DNA from: Thermoanaerobaculia bacterium
GTDB lineage: Bacteria; Acidobacteriota; Thermoanaerobaculia; UBA5066
DNA: 25,667 nt
Reading direction: 5' to 3'
Assembly (NCBI GenBank): GCA_038245905.1
Contig: JBBRRY010000041.1
Coordinates: forward strand, 1 to 25,667
The position numbers and the translations under genes were made by a program. Positions 7,844 to 18,320 of this stretch are shown in pieces; position 1 is the stretch's first letter; every line of letters begins with the position of its first letter. Below the pieces are notes generated by a model. That model made no database searches. It saw nothing but the letters and a program-made list of their open reading frames with translations, and had not been told where the DNA came from.

Positions 7844-9205
7844 TCATCCGCCGGGCGGAGCGGGACCCTCGGAAGCGCGCAACCGGCGCTGGAGCGGATT
7901 TTCGAGGGAGAGGATCATGGCGCCGAAGCGGATCTCCACGTCGAACGGGGACAGGAACGACTCACCGAGGATTCCATCCTCGATCCCGTCCGCCTCTTCC
8001 TTCACGACGATGTCCCGGAACCGCACCATGTACGCACCTACACCCACCGTCACGTTCGAGATCTTCGCCCACGACACGCGGGACTTCCCGATCCCTTCGA
8101 GCGTCACCGGGTATGCGGCTTCGATCTCGAAAAGAGGCGTCTTACGGAGCCCGCGGCGGGTGACCATCGAAGGCTCCGAACCCGTGTCCAGGAGAAACAG
8201 CGACCAGGGGTGCCCGTTGAGGGATGCGCGCGCCATGGGCTTCATCCGGCGAAAGAACAGATTCTGGTCCTTTGACCCGCGCACGAGGGACCGTTCGAGC
8301 CGCCGCGCGTGGACGAGCCGGTCGCCGTATGCGAGGCGCCAGTCGAACTCCTTCATGAAGTGCGCGCCGAGGACGCCGTTCAGGCTGAAAACCCCCAGAG
8401 CCGCCGTCTCGAACGTGAGCGTTCCGTCCGGCAGGACGCCCACCGGGACGTCGGTGAGCGTGACGTCGCCGAGACGAAGGGAATCGACCCAGCCGAGCCG
8501 CATCGGGAGGTCCGTCGCATGGAGGCCTTTCGCGGAAGCGGTCGCCCCCGGCACGAAGGTGACGCCGAGGCGCACCGCCGCGCTCTCGGTCAGGAGGGAC
8601 AGCGAGGCGCCGGAGTCGAGGATCATCTCTTCCGCGGCGTGCCCGTTCACGCGCACGGCGAGGCGGAGCAGATTCGGTCTCCCGAACGCGACGGGCAGCG
8701 AGAACCGCTCGCCGCCGGACGCGCCGCCGTAGGGAACGCGGCGGGACTGCGACTCGAGGAAGACGAGCCAGCCGTCCGGAACGCGCTTGCCTTCCCGCTG
8801 GGCGACGCGCCCCCAGCGCCCCGCCGTGGAAAATTCTCCTTCCCAGTAGGCGCCCTGCGAGAGAAGCCAGGCGAGCTCGGCCCGCTCGAACGCGCGGCCC
8901 GTGCCCGCGAGCGCGCGTTCGAGGCGCGGCGCGGCGCCGCGAAAGTCTCCACGCTCGAGAAGCACCTGGCCGCTCAGGCGGTCGAATCGGACGGCGTCGA
9001 GGCTTCGACCGCCCGCGCTGGACAGGAACTCCGCGACCTCGGGAATGTAGCCGCGGGCGAGCTGTTCTTCGGCGTTGAAGGAGTTCACGAGCCCGATCGG
9101 GACCGGCTTCGCGAGCTGATGGGGCAGGACCGCGAAATCACGCGAGAACGTGCAGGCCAGGGCGCCGAGCGCGGCCAGAAAAAGGCCGGCGCCCGCCCGT
9201 CTCAA
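7844..9205 (-). CDS. Lipoprotein with two retropepsin-like aspartyl protease domains and helical (TPR-like) N-terminus
   Basis: MILDSGAS..GVLGAHF and FLLDTGSE..GILGESF; signal ending GALAC; TTG 9205 overlaps the phosphatase stop (TTGA). Confidence 0.88.
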   Translation of the reverse strand: MRRAGAGLFLAALGALACTFSRDFAVLPHQLAKPVPIGLVNSFNAEEQLARGYIPEVAEFLSSAGGRSLDAVRFDRLSGQVLLERGDFRGAAPRLERALAGTGRAFERAELAWLLSQGAYWEGEFSTAGRWGRVAQREGKRVPDGWLVFLESQSRRVPYGGASGGERFSLPVAFGRPNLLRLAVRVNGHAAEEMILDSGASLSLLTESAAVRLGVTFVPGATASAKGLHATDLPMRLGWVDSLRLGDVTLTDVPVGVLPDGTLTFETAALGVFSLNGVLGAHFMKEFDWRLAYGDRLVHARRLERSLVRGSKDQNLFFRRMKPMARASLNGHPWSLFLLDTGSEPSMVTRRGLRKTPLFEIEAAYPVTLEGIGKSRVSWAKISNVTVGVGAYMVRFRDIVVKEEADGIEDGILGESFLSPFDVEIRFGAMILSLENPLQRRLRASEGPAPPGG

Positions 9206-10857
9206 GGCGCCGCCAGGACGCGGGCGATGAGGACGGTCTGGTCGTCGTACTGCGCGACGCCGGTCGTGAAGTCGTTTACGGCGCTGAAAATCTGCCGCGA
9301 GATCTCGGCCGGAGCTTCCGCTCGCCCCGCGATAGCCAGCGCGGTGAGCCTGTCCATGCCGAACTCCTCGTCGCTCCCGTTCAGGGCCTCCGTGATCCCG
9401 TCGGAATAGAGGAGGATCGTGTCGCCGGGCGCGACCCGGATCGACGCCTGCCTGTGAACGACGCCCGGCATCATCCCGACGGGCACTCCCCCGCTCGGCA
9501 GGAGGACGATGCCTCCCGGCGAGATCCAGAGCCCGGGGTTGTGCCCGGCGTTCACGTACGTGAGCCTTCCGTCCGCCGGGTCGAAGACCGCGATGAAGAG
9601 CGTCGCGAACTTGCGCGTCGAGGAAAACCCCACGAGATGTCGGTTCACCCGCGCCACGAGGCCCGGCAGATCCGAGGCGTTGTTCGGCACGAGAAGATGC
9701 AGGCAGGCGTGAACCGTCGACACGAGAAGCGCCGCCGGCACGCCCTTCCCCGAAACGTCGGCCACGCAGAAAGCCGTGCGTCCGTCCTCGAGCGGATACA
9801 CGTCGAAGTAGTCGCCCCCCACCTGCTTCGTCGGCCGGTTCGCGCCCGAAAAGACGAGGCCGGGAACGTCCGGGAGCGTGTCGGGAAGAATCGTCTTCTG
9901 GATGGAGGCCGCGAGCTCCATCTCGCGCTCCATCTTCTCCTTCTCGACCGCCTCGCGGTGGAGGCGCGCGTTCTCGAGCGCGATCGCGGCCTGGTTCGCG
10001 AAGAGGGACGCGACGCGCTCGTCGGCTTCGGTGAAATCGTCGATCGAGCCGGCGCGGTTCTCCTTGTCGGCCACGACGAGCACGCCGAGCCAGCGTCCGT
10101 CGGCGAGGATCGGCACCGCGAGCAGCTTTTCCGCGGGCGCGTTCACGAGAAGTCCCACGCGCTCCTGGATCGTGTTGCAGCGGAGCACCGTCGGCGGGAG
10201 GAGGCGGGCCGACTCGCCGTCCAGAAGCGGAACGCCCAGATGGCGCACGTAGACGGGCGTGTCCGCCGCGCGGTCGCACACGATGAGCGTTCCGGTGCGC
10301 GCGTTCAGGAGCGAGATCGACTTGTAGAGGATGTCTTCGGCGAGCGAGTCGAGGTCGAGGGTTCCCGCGATGGAGAGCCCGACGTCGTAGAGGCTCTGGA
10401 GCTCCCAGACCCGATACTTCAGCTCGAAGTCCGCCTTCTGCACCTTGTCGGCCATGCGCAGAGAGTCGAGAAGGCGGGCCGCGTGCGCCGTGACCGACGC
10501 GAGGCCGACCGGGTCGAGGGGAGGTTTTTCGAGCTCGAGGATCGCGAGAGTTTCCTCGCGGGCGGTGAGCGGAATCGCAACGGGCCGATCCGCGCTCGCG
10601 CCGGGCTTCGCCGGATGCGTGGGATCCAGAAGAACTCCCCGCTCCGCATGCGCTGCCGTCAGGAGAGCGGCGAGGATTCCGTCGAACAGGCGTTCGCGAT
10701 CGGAAAACGGGTCGAGTCTTGCGAGAGTCTCGTGGGCGGTCAGGATCGCGGCGCGCGCCTCTGCCTGCGGGACGAGGGGCCCGGAAATCGCCGCGCTACT
10801 CGGACTCGCCCCGGAGCCAGGCGAGAGCGGGCTCGGGAGCGGGAAAGATCCGTGCAT
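9202..10857 (-). CDS. GAF-domain PP2C/SpoIIE-family serine phosphatase (RsbU/RsbP-like)
   Basis: ELAASIQ, VGGDYFD, VADVSGKG, NAGHNP, YSDGITEA and DDQT motifs; upstream GAF. Start uncertain because ATG 10857 overlaps the STAS gene by 62 nt. Confidence 0.93.
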   Translation of the reverse strand: MHGSFPLPSPLSPGSGASPSSAAISGPLVPQAEARAAILTAHETLARLDPFSDRERLFDGILAALLTAAHAERGVLLDPTHPAKPGASADRPVAIPLTAREETLAILELEKPPLDPVGLASVTAHAARLLDSLRMADKVQKADFELKYRVWELQSLYDVGLSIAGTLDLDSLAEDILYKSISLLNARTGTLIVCDRAADTPVYVRHLGVPLLDGESARLLPPTVLRCNTIQERVGLLVNAPAEKLLAVPILADGRWLGVLVVADKENRAGSIDDFTEADERVASLFANQAAIALENARLHREAVEKEKMEREMELAASIQKTILPDTLPDVPGLVFSGANRPTKQVGGDYFDVYPLEDGRTAFCVADVSGKGVPAALLVSTVHACLHLLVPNNASDLPGLVARVNRHLVGFSSTRKFATLFIAVFDPADGRLTYVNAGHNPGLWISPGGIVLLPSGGVPVGMMPGVVHRQASIRVAPGDTILLYSDGITEALNGSDEEFGMDRLTALAIAGRAEAPAEISRQIFSAVNDFTTGVAQYDDQTVLIARVLAAP

Positions 10858-11158
10858 ATTGAGCGAGCCCCATGATCTGAAACGTCTTCTCGATCGTCGG
10901 CGTCAGACGGCAGAAGGCCAGTTTTCCCCCCTGATCGAGGAGCTTCTCCAGAATCTCGATGAGAATCGAGATCCCGATGGAGTTGACGATCTTCGTCTTC
11001 TCGAGGTCGAGGAGCAGGCGGTTCACCCCCGACCCGAGAAGGGCATAGGCCTCTTTCGCGATTTCCTCACCGCCGGTGTTATTGATGTAACCGTCCGTGC
11101 GGAGGATCGCGACCGTCGCATCGGGCCGGTCCACGACGACTTTCAAGGTCTCGCTCAT
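10796..11158 (-). CDS. STAS-domain anti-sigma factor antagonist (RsbV/SpoIIAA-like)
   Basis: 120 aa; LLDLEKTKIVNSIGISIL with the phospho-acceptor Ser position; AAAGGA RBS. Confidence 0.92.
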   Translation of the reverse strand: MSETLKVVVDRPDATVAILRTDGYINNTGGEEIAKEAYALLGSGVNRLLLDLEKTKIVNSIGISILIEILEKLLDQGGKLAFCRLTPTIEKTFQIMGLAQYARIFPAPEPALAWLRGESE

Positions 11159-11173
11159 TCGGTCCTTTATACC

Positions 11174-11611
11174 CTATCGATATTTGCGCATCACGATGCG
11201 CGTGCCCTGTTCGCCGCTCTCGATTCGGACGTCGTCCATCAGGCTTTCGATGATCTTGATCCCCCAGCCGCGCTTCCGGCTGGACCGGAGCGCGGCCGCG
11301 ATCTCGGGAGTCTTGAGGCGGGTCGGATCGAACCCGTGCCCCGAGTCCGCGACGCCCACCTCGAGATACGCGCCCCGGCCGCCTTCTTCCGCGCCGACGC
11401 GGAAGCTCAGCTCCACCTTGTGATCCGGCGTCGCGCTGTGCTCGAAGGCGTTGATGCAGGCCTCGACGACGGCCATCTTTACCTCGTCGATCTTGTCGCG
11501 GCCCATCTCCATCCACTCGCCCAGGGCCGCGACCTGCGCCGTGGCGGCGATTTCCATCTCCGGCGCGACCGGAATGGTCAGGTGCACCTCGCGATGTTCG
11601 ACCGACGACAT
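11174..11611 (-). CDS. Anti-sigma factor / serine kinase (RsbW/SpoIIAB-like HATPase)
   Basis: EACINAFEH (N box), DSGHGFDP (G1), RGWGIKII (G2). Confidence 0.93.
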   Translation of the reverse strand: MSSVEHREVHLTIPVAPEMEIAATAQVAALGEWMEMGRDKIDEVKMAVVEACINAFEHSATPDHKVELSFRVGAEEGGRGAYLEVGVADSGHGFDPTRLKTPEIAAALRSSRKRGWGIKIIESLMDDVRIESGEQGTRIVMRKYR

Positions 11612-11639
11612 CAGCTTATGGCAATCCCCTCTCGGAGCC

Positions 11640-11882
11640 TTAGAACGTCAGAAGCGCGCGAACCGCCGTGAAGAGGAACGCAGGAATCTTACCCGACCCC
11701 GAAACGAGAGCGAAGGCAGCGGCTTCGGCAACAAGGAGCGGCAAGATCAAGCGGGACGCGCGGATCGAGGAGCCGAGCGCCGCCGGAAGGGACGCCTGAG
11801 AGAAGGAAGAGCGCAGCGGCAGGGACGCGACTCGCACCAAAGCGCGTGCCGTCACAGCCTTGATTCCGCCCTCGCTGAACAT
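11640..11882 (-). CDS. Small hypothetical membrane peptide (80 aa)
   Basis: GGAGG at 11889-11893, 6 nt before ATG; sigma-54-type promoter directly upstream; hydrophobic C-terminal half; stop 28 nt before the RsbW-like gene. Confidence 0.65.
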   Translation of the reverse strand: MFSEGGIKAVTARALVRVASLPLRSSFSQASLPAALGSSIRASRLILPLLVAEAAAFALVSGSGKIPAFLFTAVRALLTF

Positions 11883-11909
11883 CTGGTGCCTCCGGTTGCG
11901 GCTTGCATC

Positions 11910-11924
11910 GCAATTGGCGGGCCA
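11910..11924 (-). promoter_or_regulatory. Sigma-54 (-24/-12) promoter
   Basis: Minus strand reads TGGCCCG-CCAA-TTGC against consensus TGGCACG-N4-TTGC: exact GG-N10-GC spacing with one mismatch. Confidence 0.75.
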
Positions 11925-11937
11925 CGCATGAAGAGCG

Positions 11938-11957
11938 CTTCACCGAGGAGGGTGAAG
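11938..11957. repeat. Inverted repeat CTTCACC-N6-GGTGAAG
   Basis: Perfect 7-bp arms just upstream of the -24 element. Confidence 0.55.
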
Positions 11958-11963
11958 TGAATC

Positions 11964-11976
11964 TAAACTGTTGAAA
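11964..11976. promoter_or_regulatory. Candidate IHF binding site
   Basis: TAA-ACTG-TTGAAA against consensus YAA-N4-TTGATW (one mismatch), at the edge of the AT-rich tract upstream of the sigma-54 promoter. Confidence 0.45.
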
Positions 11977-12105
11977 AGATTAGGTTTCCTTGAACGTAAT
12001 ATAGGCAGAGAGTAAGCCACACCTAAGTGCGTCATAATGTCACGCTAACATGCAATGGATCGCACCAAATGTCTTTACCATTCTAAAAAAAGAAGTTAAC
12101 AAATA

Positions 12106-12140
12106 TGAGACTATATGTCTCTATGTAACTAATAGTCTCA
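12106..12140. repeat. Inverted repeat TGAGACTAT-N17-ATAGTCTCA with nested GAGAC-N5-GTCTC, candidate operator/enhancer
   Basis: Perfect 9-bp arms in the AT-rich divergent intergenic region. Confidence 0.6.
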
Positions 12141-12221
12141 ACAACACAGGCGGCTTTCCTTGGCACAATGGCCGCCGCGCGCCCAATACTGATAAAAGTC
12201 GCGTTCCGCAAGGAGTCCGCC

Positions 12222-14480
12222 ATGAGCTTGTTCGAAAAGGAAGTCACCTCGACCCGGGCGTGGTTCGAGAGCCCACGCTTCGCGGGGATCGTCCGCCTCT
12301 ATACGGCGCGCCAGGTCGTCGAACAACGCGGCACTATCGCGCACGACTACACCGTCGCACGTGAGGCCGCAACCGCGTTCTTCGACCGCCTTCGCCAGCT
12401 CTTCGCGGAGAAGAAGAGCATCACGACCTTCGGCCCCTATTCTCCGGGGCAAGCCGTCGCGATCAAGCGCATGGGAATCGAGGGCATCTACCTGGGCGGC
12501 TGGGCGACGTCGGCGAAGGGCTCGACGAGCGAAGATCCGGGGCCCGATCTCGCGAGCTATCCGCTCAGCCAGGTGCCCGACGAGGCCGCAACCCTGGTGC
12601 GCGCCCTGCTCACCGCCGACCGTAACCAGCACTACCTGCGCTTGCGCATGACCGACGCGCAGCGCGCCGCCACGCCGGCCCACGACTTCCGGCCGTTCAT
12701 CATCGCCGACGCCGACACGGGCCACGGCGGCGACCCGCACGTCCGGAACCTGATCCGCCGCTTCGTGGAGGCCGGCGTGCCGGGGTACCACATCGAGGAC
12801 CAGCGTCCGGGGACCAAGAAATGCGGCCACCAGGGCGGGAAGGTGCTCGTGGCGCAGGACGAGCAAAACAAGCGGTTGAACGCCGCGCGCTTCCAGCTCG
12901 ACGTCATGGCCGTGCCCGGCATCATCGTCGCCCGCACCGACGCCGAGGCGGCCACTCTGCTCGAGAGCCGCGGCGACGAGCGCGACGAGCCGTTCCTCCT
13001 CGGCGCCACGAACCTCGAGGTGCCGGCCTACAAGGCGTGCTACCTCGCTCTTATCCGCAGCTTTTACGAGATGGGCGTCCACGGCCTCAATGGTCACCTC
13101 CTCTACGCGATTCCCGAAGGCGCCCACGCGCACGCCATTGGCTGGCTCGAGCGGAAGGGGCTCCTCGGCCAGGTCACGGAGGCCGTCGCCGCCTATGGGA
13201 ACGGAAAGGAATCCTCGCTCGACACCATCTTCGACAAGGTCGCCTCCCGGCTCGCGGCAGCGTGGGAGGAAGACGCTGGTCTCGAGACTTATGGCGACGC
13301 GGTCGCCGAAGTGCTCGAGTTTCGCGCCAGCGAGGGCGAGACGCTCGAGACGAGCGCCGACGAGTGGCGGCGTTTCGCGGCGCGTGCCTCGCTTTACGCC
13401 GCCCGCGAGAAGGCCGGCTTACTCGGCGTCGACATCGGATGGGACTGCGAGCTCGCGAAGACGCCCGAGGGCTACTACCAGGTTCGCGGCGGTATTCCGT
13501 ACGCCATCGCCAAGTCGCTCGCCGCGGCGCCCTTCGCCGACCTGCTCTGGATGGAGACGAAGACCGCCGACCTCCACGACGCGCGCAAGTTCGCCGAGGC
13601 GATCCACTCCGAGTTCCCCGACAAGATGCTCGCCTACAACCTCTCGCCGTCGTTCAGCTGGGACACAACAGGCATGAGCGACGAGGACATGCGGCGCTTC
13701 CCGGAGGAGCTCGGCAAGCTGGGCTTCGTCTTCAACTTCATCACATACGGCGGCCACCAGATCGATGGTGTCGCCGCCGAGGAGCTGGCGACCGCTCTCA
13801 GGCAGGACGGCATGCTGGCCCTCGCGCGCCTGCAGCGCAAACTCCGAATGGTCGAGTCTCCGTACCGCACACCCCAGACCCTCGTCGGCGGGCCGCGTGC
13901 GGACGCCGCCCTGGTCGCCACGTCGGGTCGCACGGCGACCACAATGGCGATGGGCACGGGTTCGACGCAGCACCAGCACCTCGTGCAGACCGAGGTGCCG
14001 AAGAAGCTCCTCGAGGAGTGGCTGGGATTGTGGACGAAGCATTACGGCCTTCCCGACGGGCTCTTCGTTCAGCTGCGGCCGCATCGCGCCGGCTCGGAGC
14101 TGCTCGAGCTCGGGGTCTTCGGCAAGGGGGCCGAGAAGCTCGCAAACGTCATCTTCGCCCCGATTCACGACCGGCGCGGTCGCAGCATTCTCTCGGTGCG
14201 CGACCAGAACACGTTCGGGGAGCCGCTGCGCAAGAAGCGCCTGATGACTCTCGTCCACCTTTTCCTCGTGCACCGCTTCAAAGCAGACTCGGTGCACTAC
14301 GTGACCCCGACCGAGGACAACCAGTACCAGACCGCGAAGATGAAGTCGCACGGCATCTTCCGCCAGGTCGACACCGAGGTCGGCCAGATCATCGTGGCCG
14401 ACGTCAACCACCCGCGCATCGCCGAGCTCCTCGCGCCGGACCGCGCCGCGCTCGGGAGACTGATCCGTAAGGAGGAGTGA
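12222..14480 (+). CDS. aceA: Isocitrate lyase, long ICL2 type with C-terminal acyl-CoA-binding (GNAT-like) domain
   Basis: AAGGAG RBS before ATG 12222; DADTGHG, HIEDQ, KKCGH (12816-12830), WMETK and YNLSPSF motifs; about 752 aa and, from recall, collinear with M. tuberculosis ICL2 including the C-terminal domain. Confidence 0.96.
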   Translation: MSLFEKEVTSTRAWFESPRFAGIVRLYTARQVVEQRGTIAHDYTVAREAATAFFDRLRQLFAEKKSITTFGPYSPGQAVAIKRMGIEGIYLGGWATSAKGSTSEDPGPDLASYPLSQVPDEAATLVRALLTADRNQHYLRLRMTDAQRAATPAHDFRPFIIADADTGHGGDPHVRNLIRRFVEAGVPGYHIEDQRPGTKKCGHQGGKVLVAQDEQNKRLNAARFQLDVMAVPGIIVARTDAEAATLLESRGDERDEPFLLGATNLEVPAYKACYLALIRSFYEMGVHGLNGHLLYAIPEGAHAHAIGWLERKGLLGQVTEAVAAYGNGKESSLDTIFDKVASRLAAAWEEDAGLETYGDAVAEVLEFRASEGETLETSADEWRRFAARASLYAAREKAGLLGVDIGWDCELAKTPEGYYQVRGGIPYAIAKSLAAAPFADLLWMETKTADLHDARKFAEAIHSEFPDKMLAYNLSPSFSWDTTGMSDEDMRRFPEELGKLGFVFNFITYGGHQIDGVAAEELATALRQDGMLALARLQRKLRMVESPYRTPQTLVGGPRADAALVATSGRTATTMAMGTGSTQHQHLVQTEVPKKLLEEWLGLWTKHYGLPDGLFVQLRPHRAGSELLELGVFGKGAEKLANVIFAPIHDRRGRSILSVRDQNTFGEPLRKKRLMTLVHLFLVHRFKADSVHYVTPTEDNQYQTAKMKSHGIFRQVDTEVGQIIVADVNHPRIAELLAPDRAALGRLIRKEE

Positions 14481-14485
14481 GGTCC

Positions 14486-16810
14486 CTATGGTTTCGCCGC
14501 GGGTCCGTCCGCGTCCACCAGCTCGAGCCGTTCGAACGAGGGGACTATGAACGTACCGACGGAGGAGTCGACGGGGCGGGTGCTCTTGCCTTCCGCCGCG
14601 GGAACGAAGTGGTACGTCTTCAGGGTGTAGACGCCTTCCGACAAGAACGCCGCCACGCTTACCGCCACGACCGGAGACGGCGCGTCCGACCCGACGCCGT
14701 TGGCAGCGAGGACTGCCGAAACGAGCTCGAGCGGGATGGGAATTCCAGCCTTCGAGAGGGCGTAGCGGCCGAAGCGCGCGGGAGTCTCCGATTGGCGCCG
14801 AATCGTCAGGCCGCCAAATGCGGCGGGTGGTCGCAACGCCACCTTCACGCGGCAATCTTCGAGCTTGTCACAGCTTGCCGGTGAGGGAAGAACACCCATC
14901 GCAAGGGCCTGCCCGGCCATGACGAGAAAGTAAGGCTTTCCGCCATACCGGTCTCCACGAAGGAGCACTTCGCCTTGCGAGTCTGTACTCCCCACGGTCG
15001 CAACCGCGCCCATCCGCCCCCCACCCGTGTAGTACGAAAAAGGCGATGCCAGAATCATCGCCGTGACGCCGGGAAGGGGCGCGTCCCTCTCGTCGACGGC
15101 GACGAGCACGAGGTCTTGCGCCGGATCCACCCGAACGTCCAGGTGCTTCATCTCGTCCTGCACGACGTCGACGCGCCCTACGTCCTTCGCGTAGTGCCGC
15201 GAGCAGTTCACCGCCACACGAACGACACCCTCCGCCAGGCCGTACTCCCGAACGAGGCCCAGGTCGTCGGCGTTCCGGGTCATGGACTTGGACGAGGCCT
15301 CTCCGATCTTGTCCCAGGTCAGGTCCACGGGACATCCCGGAAGCAGCTCGTTGGTCCGTGCGTCCCGCACGGCAATCTCGAGGCCCGTGGCGTCGAGCTC
15401 CAGATCGATGCCCTCGACGAGAGGCCTGTCGTCCGAGAGCGGTGTCGAGGACTGCGAAGTCGTAACCGCCTTCGGGTCGTCCGATTCCGCCCGGAGGCCG
15501 ATCCTGTTCCCCCTCGTCGAGACGACACTAAGCTCGAAAGTCCCGTCAGCGGCCGAGACCGTCGAGGCGGCAGTCCCCTCGCCGAGTCCATCGACGAACT
15601 CGGTTGCATCCACGCGGGCCGGTAGGGCCGCGCCACCGTGGAGATGAGTCGTTCCCCGGAATGTCCACTCCGCGACCGGCATGTCGACGACGAGCGTTTC
15701 ATCGCCGCCATCCTGCGCAACTTCAACCGTCTTGTGCGTGTTCCCGAGCCCCGGGATCCGAAGCTCGGCCTGGTAGATGCCGCCGTCGACGCGGGGAAAG
15801 CGCGCTCGCCCGGTGTCGTCGATCGGCTCGCGCCGCGGATCGAAGGGGAAGCAGCTCGTCCGCGGCTTTTGATTCCGGCAGCGGGCAAGCGTGGCCCCTG
15901 GCCGGGCCTCACCCCGACGAGTGGTCAGCCCAGAGACACGCACTTCGACGTCCGGGTTCGACACGAGAAAGACGTCGCGGCGGCCGGCCTCGAAAAGCGC
16001 GCCGAGCTTCAGCGTCGACGGGCGAAATCCCGCCGCCTTAATGCGTATGCTGAGCGGCGATTCCGCGGGGACGAGCGCGAGATCCATGACTCCGTTCTCC
16101 CCTGCCGGCGCGACCCGCTTCGCGAGAAGCACGGCAAGAGCCCGATCGGGCGTCTCGAAGGTGATCCCGTCGAGTCGCGCCCCCCGAATGGGTTTCCTCG
16201 CTGGCGCGTCGAAGGCGCCTATCGTCAGGGCCCGGCTCTGCAGCTCCTTCGCGACAATGAAAGATTCCTGGCTCGCCAGAACATCTCCTGCTGCCACGAG
16301 GACGGGTAGCGTCGGGCCTCGCTCGATCGCAAATCCATATCGGCCTGTGGGAATGCGGAATGAGGACCACGGAACGCCGCCGGCCGTTCCGTGCGCCGAC
16401 TCAAGAACCTCGAATTGCGCCGTCTGTCGCATTTCGTGCGGGCCGTCGAGCGCCGCAAAAAGGACCGGCCGCCGGTTTCCCTGAGAAGAAACGGCCCCGA
16501 TGCGCACGACTCCGGTCGGGAGAGCCGCGAGCGTGACAGGTTCGCCTCCACGCGTGAATGCACGTTCGCTGAACGTGCCCGGGCCGAGCGCCTGCACGAA
16601 GAGCGTGCCGGGTGGAGCGAGCGGTTTCGCCGCACCCTTTTCGAAAGGGACCTTTTCGTCCTTGAGAACGGTACCCGCCCCGTCGGTGAAGACGAGTCGC
16701 ACGCTGATGGCAGGAGCGGGTGCCGGCCGGATCTCGACGGAGAGACGCGCGTCGCCGGCCCCTACCGAAGTGACAATCTGAAAGAGCGCGACGAGAGTCG
16801 TGGGGCCCAT
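14486..16810 (-). CDS. Large putatively secreted beta-rich protein (carboxypeptidase-regulatory-like / prealbumin-like repeats)
   Basis: 774-aa ORF; hydrophobic N-terminus; recurring VRDARTNELLPG, AVDERDAPLPGV, AADGTFEL and TDSQGEV patterns. Confidence 0.7.
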   Translation of the reverse strand: MGPTTLVALFQIVTSVGAGDARLSVEIRPAPAPAISVRLVFTDGAGTVLKDEKVPFEKGAAKPLAPPGTLFVQALGPGTFSERAFTRGGEPVTLAALPTGVVRIGAVSSQGNRRPVLFAALDGPHEMRQTAQFEVLESAHGTAGGVPWSSFRIPTGRYGFAIERGPTLPVLVAAGDVLASQESFIVAKELQSRALTIGAFDAPARKPIRGARLDGITFETPDRALAVLLAKRVAPAGENGVMDLALVPAESPLSIRIKAAGFRPSTLKLGALFEAGRRDVFLVSNPDVEVRVSGLTTRRGEARPGATLARCRNQKPRTSCFPFDPRREPIDDTGRARFPRVDGGIYQAELRIPGLGNTHKTVEVAQDGGDETLVVDMPVAEWTFRGTTHLHGGAALPARVDATEFVDGLGEGTAASTVSAADGTFELSVVSTRGNRIGLRAESDDPKAVTTSQSSTPLSDDRPLVEGIDLELDATGLEIAVRDARTNELLPGCPVDLTWDKIGEASSKSMTRNADDLGLVREYGLAEGVVRVAVNCSRHYAKDVGRVDVVQDEMKHLDVRVDPAQDLVLVAVDERDAPLPGVTAMILASPFSYYTGGGRMGAVATVGSTDSQGEVLLRGDRYGGKPYFLVMAGQALAMGVLPSPASCDKLEDCRVKVALRPPAAFGGLTIRRQSETPARFGRYALSKAGIPIPLELVSAVLAANGVGSDAPSPVVAVSVAAFLSEGVYTLKTYHFVPAAEGKSTRPVDSSVGTFIVPSFERLELVDADGPAAKP

Positions 16811-16822
16811 GCCCTCTGGTCC

Positions 16823-18316
<1,494 letters not shown>

Positions 18317-18320
18317 GCCC

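Noticed and set aside
9206-10279. Long N-terminal extension of the aspartyl protease ORF
   Set aside because: Off-frame shadow of the phosphatase gene; TTG 9205 with a lipoprotein signal is the plausible start.
12106-12140. Palindrome as transposon end, att site or terminator
   Set aside because: No transposase or integrase, no matching copy found at the far side of the lyase gene, and no U-tract; kept only as a candidate operator.
12050-12364. 104-aa ORF crossing the AT-rich region
   Set aside because: No RBS, runs out of frame into the lyase gene, and the region is better explained as regulatory DNA.
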